The notes beneath the pieces were generated by a model. That model searched no databases. It was not told the DNA's origin and saw only the letters and a program-made list of their open reading frames with translations. A stretch of 64,000 nucleotides of DNA from Actinomycetes bacterium (GTDB taxonomy: Bacteria; Actinomycetota; Coriobacteriia; Coriobacteriales; Eggerthellaceae), in assembly GCA_023460315.1 (NCBI GenBank), contig JAEWQO010000096.1, positions 8,587 through 72,586 on the forward strand. The letters are read 5' to 3'. Below are positions 62,647 to 64,000 of the stretch, piece after piece. Position 1 is the stretch's first letter. The number at the start of each line of letters is the position of its first letter. The translations under genes were made by a program, and so were the position numbers.

Positions 62647-63575
62647 AAGCCATCCCCTTTTGCCGGGAAAAGACCAATCATACAAGGGCAGTATATCCGC
62701 CAATCGCTCATCTATGCGAGAGAATGAGAGGAAATTCTTCGAGTTCGTCGCGAATGGCTGTTCCGAGTGAAAAGTCGAAGGACCTCCTTGCAATACTGAA
62801 GGATTCGAAGATCCACGCACAGTCAAGGATCTGGCGACCACAGCCGACACTGGCCCAATCATAAGCAAACACTGAAAATGCTTGAGTCGACTCCCCTACG
62901 CAGGCCTCCGCAGATAGTCGTCTCGTTCTCGGCGTTAGAGGATGAAGCCAGAGCGCCAAACGTAAAGATCGAGAGTTTATATCGGTGGATGGTTTTCAAA
63001 GATACGCTTTGAGAGCAAGCTGGTGAGCTTTGCTTCAGGCTTTGATCAGTTCGATTCCGTCAGCTCTTGGCGAATTCCAGCTTGCAGGGGATCTCAGACC
63101 GACGGGTCACAGCCGTGATGTCATCGCTGCGCCCATCCGTACTCGAAGCACCGGGCGGATGGCTGAAAGACGGCGGAAAGACGCACATCACCCTCTTGAT
63201 ACGGCCGGCTTGCCCAACAACTCAGGCAAATCGGCGATCGTTCCAAGCGAGAGCATCGGAGACGGACATAACCTGGTGCGGTCGCATTTGATATGATCTT
63301 GCAACAGCACAAGATGCAGCTCTCGGACATGCTGCCCGGGCACGGGATTGTGTGGAATGGGAGTATGTCAACAGGCAGCCTCGGATTACCCTGCACGAGG
63401 CAATGCACAACGCAGGCTACCGTCGTGAAGCTTCGCATGCCGACCTCATCGTTGCCGACGTGTGCGCACGGAGATTGCCGCGCAACGACAAATCCCCCTA
63501 CCGAATCAGGTGAAGTGTGGCCGATTTGGGAAGGGAAGCGGAAACTCCCCCTGATGTCGCCATCATACGAACAAA

Positions 63576-63591
63576 TGTTTCACGTGAAACA
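63576..63591. other. parS centromere-like site, perfect 16-bp palindromic consensus TGTTTCACGTGAAACA
   Basis: 63576-63591 reads TGTTTCACGTGAAACA. This matches the widely conserved chromosomal parS consensus tGTTnCACGTGAAAca and is a perfect palindrome. It lies in a stretch with no credible CDS. Confidence 0.8.
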
Positions 63592-64000
63592 CTCTGACGG
63601 TTCGCCAGCGGGTCGTTTCGCACCTGGACTGCCTCCATTCCCGGACGACCGGCACCCGGCCCGCCAACGCCCTCGGACGAGCGGCATTTGGACCGCCAGC
63701 GCCCGCGGGTGAACGGCATTTGGCCTGCCCCGTCCCGGGACGGACGCCGCCACGGCGCAGGTGGATGGCGGCGGGCGCGGGAGGAAGCAACGGGGAGCGA
63801 AGGCGGCGGAAGGCGGAAACGATGGAGGGCAGGGATGGCACGCCTTGCCCTGCAGGCCGCCCCTTGGGAGGGCGATGCCCTGGAGCGCCTCCGACGAAGC
63901 GCTTGCTCGGAAGCGTTGGGCCTTGCCGGCTGGGCGCTGGCGAGGCGAGGTGCCCGCGCTCCCATGCGTTCAGGCGGCACGGCGGCGGCCGAAGGAGACG

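Noticed and set aside
63293-63712. A 139-aa plus-strand ORF covering the parS site (it contains MFHVKH), and the overlapping minus-strand ORFs 63121-63438 and 63498-63980.
   Set aside because: They have no domain signature and a Pro/Arg/Gly/Ser-rich composition. The MFHVKH peptide is simply the translation of the parS palindrome. They were judged non-coding.
63835-64000. An open plus-strand frame running off the right edge (MARLALQAAPWEGDALERLRRSACSEALGLAGWALARRG...), with about 74 percent G/C at third codon positions by hand count.
   Set aside because: Only 55 codons are visible, no family motif is recognisable, and GGAGG-like purine runs upstream are ambiguous. The evidence is insufficient to call a CDS.

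Overview
This is a 64-kb window from a high-GC Gram-positive chromosome. Hand counts give about 43/60 G+C in a typical coding line (20221-20280). Gene content suggests an anaerobic actinobacterium of the Coriobacteriia/Eggerthellaceae type; this is an inference, not a database hit. The supporting features are a dcw cluster without ftsA but with sepF-divIVA, pyrG-xerD synteny, and siroheme-dependent haem genes.

Layout:
(1) 184-4470 (minus strand): a thiamine operon, thiC-thiM-thiE-hydrolase-thiD, behind a TPP riboswitch. thiN follows at 5120-5749 and RNase P RNA lies at 6142-6488 (plus strand).
(2) 6903-10784 (minus strand): a NirJ/AhbD-like radical-SAM gene leads a FecB/C/E-type importer operon. 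A MerR-family regulator with a 19-bp-spacer promoter follows.
(3) 12063-33548 (minus strand): one long division and cell-wall block, mraZ-rsmH-ftsL-ftsI-murE-murF-mraY-murD-ftsW-murG-murC-murB-ftsQ-ftsZ-pgeF-yggS-sepF-proC-yggT-divIVA-yggU.
(4) 34405-37044 (minus strand): xerD and pyrG.
(5) 37454-48026 (plus strand): a small LuxR/GerE regulator, then a tightly packed haem operon, hemX-like, sirC-like, hemA, hemC, cobA-hemD, ahbC-like, hemB, ahbA-ahbB fusion, hemL. A tRNA-Glu(CUC) starts 9 nt after hemL.
(6) 48250-58661: nadK, murJ, marR-MFS, a divergent asnB / ATP-grasp ligase pair, and map.
(7) 58861-63600: an accessory-looking end. It holds an SPFH-Arc pair and a low-GC island (about 23-29 G+C per 60 nt in two sampled lines) with an APH-fold kinase and an internally duplicated 8-TM membrane protein. 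A perfect consensus parS site sits at the island's right edge.

Signals not explained by genes include two 35-bp G3-pentanucleotide microsatellites, (GGGTT)7 and (GGGAC)7, on the same strand upstream of leftward operons. There is also a 10-bp-phased GTGGG box array at the mraZ promoter, and several long perfect inverted repeats and palindromes in intergenic gaps. I found no CRISPR array, transposase, integrase (other than xerD) or rRNA. All functional calls rest on motif recognition by eye; no searches were run.
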